This document shows, piece after piece, positions 55,371 to 64,000 of a DNA stretch of 64,000 nucleotides. Every line of letters starts with the position of its first letter. Position 1 is the stretch's first letter. Source of the DNA: Anaerolineae bacterium (GTDB lineage: Bacteria; Chloroflexota; Anaerolineae; Aggregatilineales; UBA3940). The stretch lies in contig DAOTYH010000103.1 in assembly GCA_034435015.1 (NCBI GenBank), positions 741 through 64,740 on the forward strand, written 5' to 3'. The position numbers and the translations under genes were made by a program. Under the pieces are notes generated by a model. That model saw only the letters and a program-made list of their open reading frames with translations. It did no database searches and was not told the DNA's origin.

Positions 55371-58300
55371 GTGTTTTCTGTGGTACATAGCCGTATGCAG
55401 GAAGACGGTCTGGAGGCAAAGGACTTTAGGGCCTTACGCGTCAGTCTGGCGTCGCCGGAGCAAATCAAGTCTTGGTCGTATGGCGAGGTGACCAAGCCTG
55501 AAACGATCAACTACCGTCGCCTACGACCTGAGAAGGATGGGCTGTTCTGTGAGGCGATTTTTGGTCCTACCAGAGACTGGCAGTGCTATTGTGGCAAATA
55601 CAAGAATGTCCGCTACAAGGGGCTGGTCTGTGACAAGTGCGGCGTCGAGATTACACGTGCCTCTGTGCGTCGTGAGCGAATGGGGCATATCGAGCTGGCG
55701 GCGCCGGTAGCACATGTATGGTACACGCGGCGTGTCCCTAGCTACTTGGGACTTCTGCTTGACATATCGCGTCGTAACCTGGACCGCGTCTTGTATTTCG
55801 CCCAGTATGTCGTGACTCATGTAGATGAAGATGCCCGCCAGAAGGCGCTTAAGCGTCTCTCGGATGAGATGAATGAGGAGCAGGCCGCCCTCCGCGCTGA
55901 GGTTGATGCTCAGATAGCGGCGATCGAGCAAGCCCGCGATACAGCGCTGGCAGAGTTACAAGCTCGCCGAGATGCGATCAACGCTTCTTATGAAGAGGAG
56001 TTGTCCGCCCGCACGGATGAGCTGATGCATGCGGCCCAAAATTTCCAGCAACAGCTTGAAGACAAGGCTGGCACGGTTGCTAAGAGCGCAATGGTTTTTG
56101 CCCCTACCCAAACGGTCATTGTGGAGAAGGGCGAAAGCATCAGCGCGGATCATATTCGTCTGGTGCAAGAGGCCGCCGGCGCATTGCTCAGCGAGATTCA
56201 GCGGGAGATTGAAGAGCGCAAGCAGGCTGAGCTGGCAAAAGAGGGTGGGCAGGCCGAACAGATCATCGCTCAGGCGGCTGAACAGATTGCTGAACTCGAG
56301 GAGTTGGCCGCCCAACGGGGGGCTGAGATTCAGCAACGTTATGCCGATCAACGCAACGAAATTGCTTCACTGCAACAGATGCAATTCTTGGGTGAGGCCC
56401 GCTACCGTGAGTTAAAACAGCGCTATGGTCAGGTCTTTAAAGCAGGCATGGGTGCAGGGGCATTCTATGAGATCTTGAAATCAATGGACCTTGACAAACT
56501 AAGCGCTGAACTCTGGACAGAGGTTCGAACGAGCCGTTCTAAGCAACGGAAGAAGAAGGCTACCAAGCGCCTGCGTGTTGTTGAGTCATTGCGTAAAAGC
56601 GGTAATCGCCCTGAGTGGATGATCCTGACGATCCTGCCGGTCATTCCACCTGATCTACGCCCGATGGTTCAGTTGGATGGGGGGCGCTTTGCAACCTCTG
56701 ATCTGAATGATCTCTACCGTCGCGTGATCAATCGTAATAACCGGCTCAAGCGTCTGCTCGAACTTGGTGCGCCGGACGTTATCGTGCGCAATGAGAAGCG
56801 TATGCTTCAGGAGGCAGTAGACAGCCTGATTGATAACAGCCAGCGGGGCAGGGCGCTCAGCCGTCGAGGCCGCCGTGAATTGAAATCGCTTAGCGACATG
56901 CTGAAAGGCAAGAAGGGGCGTTTCCGCCGCAATCTGCTGGGGAAGCGTGTAGATTATTCGGGGCGCTCGGTAATCGTGATTGGGCCTAAGCTCAAGCTTC
57001 ACCAGTGCGGATTACCCAAGACGATGGCTCTCGAACTGTATCGGCCTTTCGTGATTAGCAGGCTTGTTCAATACAACTATGCCAGCAATGTGAAGCAGGC
57101 CAAACGTTTCATTGAGCGTGAAAGGCCAGAGGTGTGGGAGGTGCTGGAAGAGGTTATTCAAGAACGCCCTGTTCTGTTAAACCGCGCGCCTACTCTGCAC
57201 CGCTTGGGCATTCAGGCGTTTGAGCCGATACTGGTTGAGGGCAAAGCTATCCAGATACACCCGCTTGTTTGTACGGCCTTCAATGCAGACTTTGACGGTG
57301 ACCAGATGGCAGTGCATGTGCCTCTGTCTCAGAAGGCAGTGGAAGAGGCACGTAACCTGATGCTGAGCGTCAAAAACTTGCTTAAGCCGGCTGATGGTTC
57401 ACCCGTAGTTGGCCCCAGTAAGGATATGGTGCTTGGTGTCTTCTATTTGACAATGGAGAGGCCAGGGCAGGAGATTGATAAGGTAGACCCCCAGACATTG
57501 CGGGTCTTCTACGATCTGGACGAAGTTGAGATGGCGCTTGCGCTGGGGCAGGTTCATGTGCACACCCCCATTCGTATCCTGTGCATCTACGACAATGGGC
57601 GGCCACTCGATAAGCCTCTGGTCACGACCGTGGGGCGCTGTGTGTTCAACCGAGTCTTGCCGGATGAGGTACGCTGGGTAAATACCACCCTTGACAAGAA
57701 GAAAGTGGGTGAACTGGTTGGGCGCATCTACACCCGATTCGGGCCGGAGGTCACAACTGAGGTGGTTGATCAGATCAAAGACCTTGGCTTCAAATATGCT
57801 ACCCTGTCTGGGGCTACCATTGCGATCAGTGATCTGGTCGTGCCCAAGGAGCGGGCGGAGATTATTGCTGAAGCAACCGCTACGGTGAATGATATTGAGC
57901 GCGAATATCGGCGTGGCCTTTTAACCGAGGAGGAACGGTATCAGCGTACCATTGACGAGTGGAACGCGGCAAAGTCGAAAGTCTCAAAGGCTGTTGAGAA
58001 GTCTCTCGACCGTTACAGCAGTTTGTATATTATGGCCAAGTCTGGCTCCACTAAAGGTGGTATGGGGCCTATCGCTCAGTTGGCGGGTATGCGGGGTCTG
58101 ATGGCCGATCCGTCTGGACGTATCATAGACCTGCCTATCCGCAGTAACTTCCGCGAGGGGCTGAGTGCGCTGGAGTATTTCATCAGCACGCATGGCGCTC
58201 GCAAAGGGTTGGCCGATACAGCCCTCCGTACTGCTGATGCGGGTTACCTGACCCGCCGTCTGGTGGATGTCGCTCAGGATATGATCATCAACGCAGAGGA

Positions 58301-59693
58301 CTGCGGCACCCAGAGCGGCATCTGGATCAGGAGATCACAACGGGTCTCTGATCAGAGCATGAGCGAACGCTTAATCGGACGCATAGCGGCTGGGCCAGTG
58401 GTTAACCCTCAAACGGGCGAGATCATTGTCGACCGCGGTGAGATGATCGATGAAGCCGCCGCCGAGCAGATCGAGGTATTGGGTATTGAGGATGTCTTCG
58501 TCCGTTCCCCGCTGACCTGTGAGATGGTTTATGGGTTGTGTGCGAAGTGTTATGGGCGTGACCTTGGACGTGGAGAGCTGGTTGAAGTAGGCGCCGCCGT
58601 TGGCATTGTAGCGGCCCAGTCTATTGGTGAACCCGGTACTCAGTTGACATTGCGCACGTTCCATACGGGTGGTACAGCGGAGGAACGTGATATTACGCAA
58701 GGTTTGCCGCGGGTAGAGGAGCTGTTTGAGGCGCGCAGGAAGCCAAGAGGAGAAGCAGTCGTCACCGACATTGATGGGGTAGTGCAAATCTATCAGCGCG
58801 AGGGTATCCGCTACATCAAGGTCGTTGATAGCCAGATCCTGCGTGAGGACTACGACGTCACAGGCTGGGAACTTGCGGTTGCAGATGGTGACGAGGTTGT
58901 TCAAGGGCAACAGTTAGCTTCTAGAGGTGAAGAAGTGTTTGTCGCTCCGCGTAACGGGCGTATCTCCCTTGTGGGTAACCTGCTCTCGCTACTTTATGAA
59001 CAACGTGATGAGCGTGAATATGAAATACCTAGCGCGGCGCGTCTGGTTGATGTTTTTGACCCTTCTACTGGTAAACAGCGCCGTCTTCAGGATGGTGATC
59101 GGGTAAAGGCAGGCGATCAGCTTACTGAAGGGGCAAGAAATCCGCATCGCATCCTGCGTATTCTGGGTATCGAGGCTACCCAACACTACCTGCTGAGCGA
59201 AGTCCAAGATGTTTATCGTAAGCAGGGTGTTAATATCAATGACAAGCACTTCGAGGTTATCATTCGTAAGATGCTCTCGAAGGTGCAGATCACACGCAGT
59301 GGGGATACTGAATTATTGCCCGGCGAGCTGGTTGACCGCCTTGTCTTGCGCGAGATAAACGAGAAGGTCATCGCCCAAGGCGGCACCCCCGCCAGCGGTC
59401 AGAATGTCCTGCTGGGGGTAACGAAGGCGGCCCTCAATACAGACAGCTTCCTGTCAGCATCATCCTTCCAGCACACAATCAAGGTACTGGCGGGGGCGGC
59501 TATTGCAGGCAAAGAGGACCCCTTAATCGGTCTGAAGGAGAATGTGATTATCGGTAAGCTGATACCGGCTGGTACAGGCTTTCATCACTATCAACAGCGC
59601 CATGCCCAGATAGCTTCAATCAGCCGTAGTGCTTCCTCTGGTATTGATATGGTTCAAGATACTTCTGATCTGGACTATGACTTAGACCTGTGA
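55371..59693 (+). CDS. rpoC: DNA-directed RNA polymerase subunit beta-prime
   Basis: Zn-binding CYCGKYK...[17 protein letters not shown] catalytic loop, and conserved trigger-loop and bridge-helix regions. A ~190-aa coiled-coil insertion spans residues ~152-340. The start could be 55371, 55380 (GTG) or 55395 (ATG). Confidence 0.95.
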   Translation: MFSVVHSRMQEDGLEAKDFRALRVSLASPEQIKSWSYGEVTKPETINYRRLRPEKDGLFCEAIFGPTRDWQCYCGKYKNVRYKGLVCDKCGVEITRASVRRERMGHIELAAPVAHVWYTRRVPSYLGLLLDISRRNLDRVLYFAQYVVTHVDEDARQKALKRLSDEMNEEQAALRAEVDAQIAAIEQARDTALAELQARRDAINASYEEELSARTDELMHAAQNFQQQLEDKAGTVAKSAMVFAPTQTVIVEKGESISADHIRLVQEAAGALLSEIQREIEERKQAELAKEGGQAEQIIAQAAEQIAELEELAAQRGAEIQQRYADQRNEIASLQQMQFLGEARYRELKQRYGQVFKAGMGAGAFYEILKSMDLDKLSAELWTEVRTSRSKQRKKKATKRLRVVESLRKSGNRPEWMILTILPVIPPDLRPMVQLDGGRFATSDLNDLYRRVINRNNRLKRLLELGAPDVIVRNEKRMLQEAVDSLIDNSQRGRALSRRGRRELKSLSDMLKGKKGRFRRNLLGKRVDYSGRSVIVIGPKLKLHQCGLPKTMALELYRPFVISRLVQYNYASNVKQAKRFIERERPEVWEVLEEVIQERPVLLNRAPTLHRLGIQAFEPILVEGKAIQIHPLVCTAFNADFDGDQMAVHVPLSQKAVEEARNLMLSVKNLLKPADGSPVVGPSKDMVLGVFYLTMERPGQEIDKVDPQTLRVFYDLDEVEMALALGQVHVHTPIRILCIYDNGRPLDKPLVTTVGRCVFNRVLPDEVRWVNTTLDKKKVGELVGRIYTRFGPEVTTEVVDQIKDLGFKYATLSGATIAISDLVVPKERAEIIAEATATVNDIEREYRRGLLTEEERYQRTIDEWNAAKSKVSKAVEKSLDRYSSLYIMAKSGSTKGGMGPIAQLAGMRGLMADPSGRIIDLPIRSNFREGLSALEYFISTHGARKGLADTALRTADAGYLTRRLVDVAQDMIINAEDCGTQSGIWIRRSQRVSDQSMSERLIGRIAAGPVVNPQTGEIIVDRGEMIDEAAAEQIEVLGIEDVFVRSPLTCEMVYGLCAKCYGRDLGRGELVEVGAAVGIVAAQSIGEPGTQLTLRTFHTGGTAEERDITQGLPRVEELFEARRKPRGEAVVTDIDGVVQIYQREGIRYIKVVDSQILREDYDVTGWELAVADGDEVVQGQQLASRGEEVFVAPRNGRISLVGNLLSLLYEQRDEREYEIPSAARLVDVFDPSTGKQRRLQDGDRVKAGDQLTEGARNPHRILRILGIEATQHYLLSEVQDVYRKQGVNINDKHFEVIIRKMLSKVQITRSGDTELLPGELVDRLVLREINEKVIAQGGTPASGQNVLLGVTKAALNTDSFLSASSFQHTIKVLAGAAIAGKEDPLIGLKENVIIGKLIPAGTGFHHYQQRHAQIASISRSASSGIDMVQDTSDLDYDLDL

Positions 59694-59725
59694 CAAAGCC
59701 CTGTTAGAGACAAAGGTAGGTAGGT

Positions 59726-59755
59726 GGGAGACCCGGCTGGAATAGCGGGTCTCCC
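59726..59755. terminator. Hairpin between convergent rpoC and the LysM-glycosidase gene (possible bidirectional terminator)
   Basis: Perfect 10-bp stem GGGAGACCCG / CGGGTCTCCC with a 10-nt loop, followed by GTGTTGTTA on the plus strand. Confidence 0.6.
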
Positions 59756-59761
59756 GTGTTG

Positions 59762-61393
59762 TTAGGGCAGATTTTCGACTTTAGGGGTATCACGCAGGAC
59801 GTTATAGGCAAGGCGCGGAACTAAGTTACCAATCAGGAGGCTGTATGCACCCTGATCAGGGTCAAAGCCCCCCAGCGTTGCAACATTGAGATTCCATAAG
59901 ATCATGGGGCCCATAAAGTCCCACTCCTGAGCCATGAGGTAGGCATTCAGGATATAGCGGGCCTGAAGCTCTTGCCCCATGTAGGCAAAGAAGGAGGCGC
60001 TTTCGGGTATGGGCTGGTCAATACCTTCCATGGTTCCCCAGCCGAACTCGGTAGCCCATAGTGGCCGCGCCAAATCATTGAACTCTGCCTGAATGGCACG
60101 GTAGTCCTCAATGGTGTTGAGGAAGAAAAAGCTGGGGTGATTGTTGTAGGCAGGCGGTCCAGAGGGATCGCCACAGCATCGTAGCCAAGGTGGATTAGCC
60201 CAGCTATATGGGTGAATGCCAATTGCATCTGCGTAGTTGGCCACCCCTGCTTCATACATCTGGTGCAGGTAAAGGCGATCATCTATAGCTGTTGTGCCGT
60301 CGTTGATGCCGGTGGGCGACAGCCCTGCACTGATCACAGTGATGTTGCCCTCTGGGTATTCACGTTTGATGGTTTGGTACGCTCCGGCCAGCAGTCTGAC
60401 ATAATCCGCCGCAGACAAGGGCGCTCCATTCCATTCGCGGCGCAGGTTTGGCTCATTCCAGATTTCAATGGCGGCTATCTGGTATTTGTACCTGAGCACA
60501 AGGAACTTGATGAAGTCATAGTAGGCATTGTAGTCTACAGGAGGGCCATCCTCCTCAGTGGTAGCACGTGCCCAGTCGGGCGCTTTAGCGACGCTCAGTA
60601 GAATCCTTAGGTTCCGGGTGTAGGCCTGTTGCATGAATGCATCTAGTGCATCCAGCTCAGCAGAGTACTGATCAGGGGCGTATTCAATCAATGCCCAATT
60701 GACCTGATACTTAACCCACGTAAATCCTAAATCGTAGGCAACCATATCAAGTAACTGCCTGCGCTGATCGTCTGAGATGGAGAAGTGTCCTTGAATCCCC
60801 AGCCGCGATCTGAGTAAGGCTCCCTGCGGCGCCGCGACAGTGGACGGCTCGGACAATGGAGTAGGGGGAACGTCAGTTGCCGTTTCGTGGGGCGTAGCAG
60901 GATTCTGCGCGATTGTAATCTGGCGAACAGGAGCATACAGGCTTTGACCAAAAACCTCCGCTGGACTCTGGAAGCCGTTGAGCCACAGAATGCTGCTCAG
61001 TATGTTGCCGCTTTTTACTGCCAGCCGCCATGCCGAGATTCCCGGTTGAACTTGGAGGCCAAGTATACTGTTTGTGGGCCTGACACCGGCGTTGGGAATG
61101 AACAGCCGCTGTCCTTCCGCCAGCAGGGCCGGGTTAGTTATGCCATTAGCCCGCCAGAGCAAATCAACGGGAATGGCATAGCCGGCGGCGATACTGGCCC
61201 ATGTTTCACCAGCCTGCACCGTGTGAAACTCGGACTGTGAGGGAAGAGCGGCCCGAATTGGTGTATTGCTGAACAGGATGATCACGCCTAGGACTAGAAG
61301 GGTAGCTAGCCTGCGCAGGTGCGAGAAAGGGCGATAAGGGCCAGACAATTTTATTTGCCACGAGGGTTGGCTTGCTACCGGTCCATGTACCAT
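59762..61393 (-). CDS. LysM-domain protein with clan GH-A (GH5-like) glycoside hydrolase domain
   Basis: TM or signal segment LATLLVLGVIILF and LysM (HTVQAGETWASIAAGYAIPVDLLWRANGI). The TIM-barrel motifs are IEIWNEPN (acid/base) and LWATEFGWG (nucleophile). Confidence 0.75.
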   Translation of the reverse strand: MVHGPVASQPSWQIKLSGPYRPFSHLRRLATLLVLGVIILFSNTPIRAALPSQSEFHTVQAGETWASIAAGYAIPVDLLWRANGITNPALLAEGQRLFIPNAGVRPTNSILGLQVQPGISAWRLAVKSGNILSSILWLNGFQSPAEVFGQSLYAPVRQITIAQNPATPHETATDVPPTPLSEPSTVAAPQGALLRSRLGIQGHFSISDDQRRQLLDMVAYDLGFTWVKYQVNWALIEYAPDQYSAELDALDAFMQQAYTRNLRILLSVAKAPDWARATTEEDGPPVDYNAYYDFIKFLVLRYKYQIAAIEIWNEPNLRREWNGAPLSAADYVRLLAGAYQTIKREYPEGNITVISAGLSPTGINDGTTAIDDRLYLHQMYEAGVANYADAIGIHPYSWANPPWLRCCGDPSGPPAYNNHPSFFFLNTIEDYRAIQAEFNDLARPLWATEFGWGTMEGIDQPIPESASFFAYMGQELQARYILNAYLMAQEWDFMGPMILWNLNVATLGGFDPDQGAYSLLIGNLVPRLAYNVLRDTPKVENLP

Positions 61394-61544
61394 GATCGGC
61401 CTGTTCTCCTGTCTGATTTGACTGCAAGCCGTGATTGTATCAGCCGGATTTGCAGAACGCCACCCAGTTTAACTTGTTGCTCTTACGGCAGTCTTATTTT
61501 ACAATCGAAGTTATTAGAACAAATGAGCCGATAGGCTGTACTCG

Positions 61545-61573
61545 TTGACAGATAGTGGCTTTGCCCCTATCAT
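61545..61573 (+). promoter_or_regulatory. Candidate promoter for gyrA (TTGACA, 17 nt spacer, TATCAT)
   Basis: Consensus -35 at 61545-61550 and -10 TATCAT at 61568-61573, about 50 nt upstream of the gyrA ATG. Confidence 0.5.
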
Positions 61574-61622
61574 CCAGCTTGACTGCCCTAAACGTTCAGC
61601 TCACTGTTGGGGGATGGTATAG

Positions 61623-64000
61623 ATGGAAGTCGGCATAGTTCGCCAAATTGATATTGACTCGGAGATGCGGGCGGCGTATCTGGACTACGCGATGAGTGTG
61701 ATCGTCAGCCGTGCCCTGCCCGATGCCCGCGATGGATTGAAGCCGGTGCATCGCCGTATTCTGTATGCTATGTATGATATGGGTCTGCGGCCTGACAGTC
61801 CCTACAAGAAGAGCGCTCGTATCGTTGGCGAGGTGTTAGGCAAGTATCATCCTCATGGCGATGCGGCTGTCTATGAGGCTATGGTGCGCATGGCTCAGGA
61901 TTTCGCCATGCGCTACCCTTTGGTGGACGGGCAGGGTAACTTTGGATCAATAGATGGGGATGCCGCGGCGGCCATGCGCTATACCGAGGCCCGCATGCAG
62001 TCGCTTGGTGTGGATATGCTGGCCGATATTGATAAGAACACCGTGGAGTTCAATGAGAACTTTGACGGTAGCCTTTTCGAGCCTTCGGTATTGCCGTCCA
62101 GCTTTCCCAACCTGATTGTCAACGGTTCATCGGGTATTGCTGTAGGGATGAGTACTAGTATCCCTCCGCATAACATGGGAGAAGTATGTGATGCCTTGAT
62201 GTTTATGCTGGATCACTGGTCACGGCTGGACGATATTGGCCTGCCTGAGTTGATGCAGTTCATTAAGGGGCCGGATTTCCCGACGGGCGGTTTGGTTTTC
62301 CGTTACTCTGAGGATGGGGAAACAGATAATCTGGCCCAGTCCTATGCGACCGGACGGGGTAAGTTCGTGGTGCAGGCCAAAGCTCATGTGGAGGAGTTGG
62401 ACCGAAACCGCAATCGGATCATTGTGACTGAGCTACCGTATCAAGTTAATAAGACCAGTTTAATCGAACGGATAGCTGAACTTGCACGTGAGAAACGTAT
62501 AGAGGGCATCACCGATCTGCGTGACGAGAGCGACCGGCAGGGTCTGCGGATCGTCATTGATCTGACCCGTACTGTTGATCCTCACGAGACGTTGGGTCTG
62601 CTGTATAAGTTGACGTCCATGCGGACAACATTTAGTGTGATTATCTTGGCGCTGGTGGATAATGAGCCGCGCCTCCTGTCGCTGAAGCAAGCGCTCCGTG
62701 TCTATCTGGATCATCGGTTTGAGGTCGTTCGCCGCCGAAGCGAGTTTGACCTGGCCCGAGCGAGAGAGCGGGCACATATCTTAGAAGGTTATCTGATTGC
62801 GCTGGATAACTTAGATGAGGTCATTGATACAATTCGCCGATCGCGTACAGTTGAAACTGCAAAAGATAACTTGCGTAAGCGGTTTAAGCTGAGCGAGGAG
62901 CAGGCACAAGCTATTCTCGATATGCCGCTCAGAAGATTAGCCGCGCTGGAGCGTAAGAAGATTGAGGATGAGTATAAGGAGAAGCAAAACCTTATCCGCT
63001 TCTTAGAGAAGTTACTCAAGAGTCCCAAGATGATGCGGGATGTCATTAAGGAGGAATTGGCTGAGATCAAACGCCGTTATTCTGATCCGCGCCGTACCTT
63101 GATCATTGAGGGCGCGGCAGGGAGCGCTGTCAGCGTGACAGACCTTTTGCCAGAACAAGAAGTATGGGTAGTCATGACTGAGAGCGGACTGCTTTCCCGT
63201 TCTTTTGATGACAAGCCGCCCAAGGTAACGACCTCGATGAGGGATGCCCCCCGCCTTGTGTTATCGGCAGGCATGAGCGAGACACTTTACCTGTTCACGG
63301 CAGATGGTATAGCGGCCAGCGTTCCTGTCCATCAACTTGTGCAGGCTCATGATTTTCAGGAAGGTATCCACTATGCCGATTTGACCCCTCTCGACCGCGA
63401 GCAGGAGATCGTGGCGGCGCTAACGCTGTTGCCAGGGACTCAAGAGGGCTACCTGTTTTTGACTTCAGTTGATGGAATGGTTAAACGCGTTGCAGTTCAG
63501 GATTTGCCGGGTCTGTCTGCTCACTCATTTCAGGTGATGATCGTCAGCGGCGATGCCTTAGGCTGGGCGGCTTGGACGAGCGGGCAGGATGAGATCGTCT
63601 TAGTCAGCGCTGAGGGAATGGCTATTCGCTTTAAGGAAGAGGATGTCCGCCCTATGGGGTTGAAAGCCGCCGGGGTGAAGGGGATCAAGCTTGGCGGTCG
63701 GGCCGATCGGGTAGTGGGCATGGCGGTGGTACAGCCGCGAAAGAATCTGTGGGTTATTACGAACACAGGGTTGGCGAAATCCAGCCCTATTGCTGATTAT
63801 CCTACCATTGGGCGTTATGGCCAGGGTGTGATCACGATTAAATTCAAGGACAAGCAATCGATGTTGGCGGCGGCGGCATTGGGCAGTATGGACGACAATC
63901 TTATTGTGGTTACAAGCAAAGGTAAGCCCAAGTACATGCGGTTGGGGTTGGCCCCCCGCGGGGCAAGGAACATAACAGGGGAGTCAGTCATCGCGTTGGA
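61623..64000 (+). CDS. gyrA: DNA gyrase subunit A, partial (3' end beyond window)
   Basis: Hand translation from the ATG at 61623 gives [50 protein letters not shown]...[10 protein letters not shown] (active-site Tyr). It stays open to the window end. It is not in the ORF track because there is no stop. Confidence 0.93.
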   Translation, partial: MEVGIVRQIDIDSEMRAAYLDYAMSVIVSRALPDARDGLKPVHRRILYAMYDMGLRPDSPYKKSARIVGEVLGKYHPHGDAAVYEAMVRMAQDFAMRYPLVDGQGNFGSIDGDAAAAMRYTEARMQSLGVDMLADIDKNTVEFNENFDGSLFEPSVLPSSFPNLIVNGSSGIAVGMSTSIPPHNMGEVCDALMFMLDHWSRLDDIGLPELMQFIKGPDFPTGGLVFRYSEDGETDNLAQSYATGRGKFVVQAKAHVEELDRNRNRIIVTELPYQVNKTSLIERIAELAREKRIEGITDLRDESDRQGLRIVIDLTRTVDPHETLGLLYKLTSMRTTFSVIILALVDNEPRLLSLKQALRVYLDHRFEVVRRRSEFDLARARERAHILEGYLIALDNLDEVIDTIRRSRTVETAKDNLRKRFKLSEEQAQAILDMPLRRLAALERKKIEDEYKEKQNLIRFLEKLLKSPKMMRDVIKEELAEIKRRYSDPRRTLIIEGAAGSAVSVTDLLPEQEVWVVMTESGLLSRSFDDKPPKVTTSMRDAPRLVLSAGMSETLYLFTADGIAASVPVHQLVQAHDFQEGIHYADLTPLDREQEIVAALTLLPGTQEGYLFLTSVDGMVKRVAVQDLPGLSAHSFQVMIVSGDALGWAAWTSGQDEIVLVSAEGMAIRFKEEDVRPMGLKAAGVKGIKLGGRADRVVGMAVVQPRKNLWVITNTGLAKSSPIADYPTIGRYGQGVITIKFKDKQSMLAAAALGSMDDNLIVVTSKGKPKYMRLGLAPRGARNITGESVIAL

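Noticed and set aside
61623-64000. Intein or other insertion in gyrA
   Set aside because: The translated sequence is collinear with ordinary GyrA through the active-site Tyr region ([10 protein letters not shown] followed directly by normal sequence). No Cys/Ser-initiated insertion or HN terminus was seen.
1-64000. Mobile elements, CRISPR arrays, prophage or defence islands, rRNA/tRNA genes
   Set aside because: I found no transposase, integrase, recombinase, Cas, restriction or toxin-antitoxin-like ORFs. There are no arrays of short direct repeats and no tRNA-like sequence in any intergenic gap. The window looks like conserved core chromosome.

Overview
Gene-dense, moderately GC-rich chromosomal window with about 50 protein genes and intergenic gaps mostly under 230 bp. 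I found no rRNA, tRNA, CRISPR array, transposase, integrase or large repeat, so it reads as core chromosome rather than an island. Housekeeping genes I recognise: sodA, a 7Fe ferredoxin, aspA, plsY, mnmA, rseP, tlyA, lepA, cinA, yraN, miaA, rnc, fabF, moaC, ftsY, prfB, rpoC and the 5' part of gyrA. The gene content fits a Chloroflexota-like bacterium, but that is inference only. It rests on a mevalonate cluster with isopentenyl phosphate kinase, many Ser/Thr kinases, FHA and zinc-ribbon proteins, and rpoC unlinked from rpoB with a large beta-prime insertion. The ORF track misses four things. (1) prfB needs a programmed +1 frameshift at CTT TGA C (52802-52808). (2) A partial EamA transporter lies on the minus strand at 1-574. 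(3) gyrA starts at 61623 and runs off the window. (4) Several ORFs carry spurious N-terminal extensions, and one of them (aspA) contains a terminator hairpin. The candidates I rank highest for novelty are unusual domain fusions. One is a single 622-codon ORF fusing MoaD, MoaE and a threonine-synthase-like PLP enzyme next to moaC; it implies proteolytic release at an internal Gly-Gly and possibly sulfur-carrier-dependent chemistry. Another is an MtaD-type deaminase fused to a CYTH domain. Others are a kinase with an FGE-type ectodomain followed by a signal-less M23 peptidase/glycosidase fusion, and a kinase divergent from an FHA plus winged-helix regulator. All functional calls come from motif recognition by eye; no database search or computation was run.
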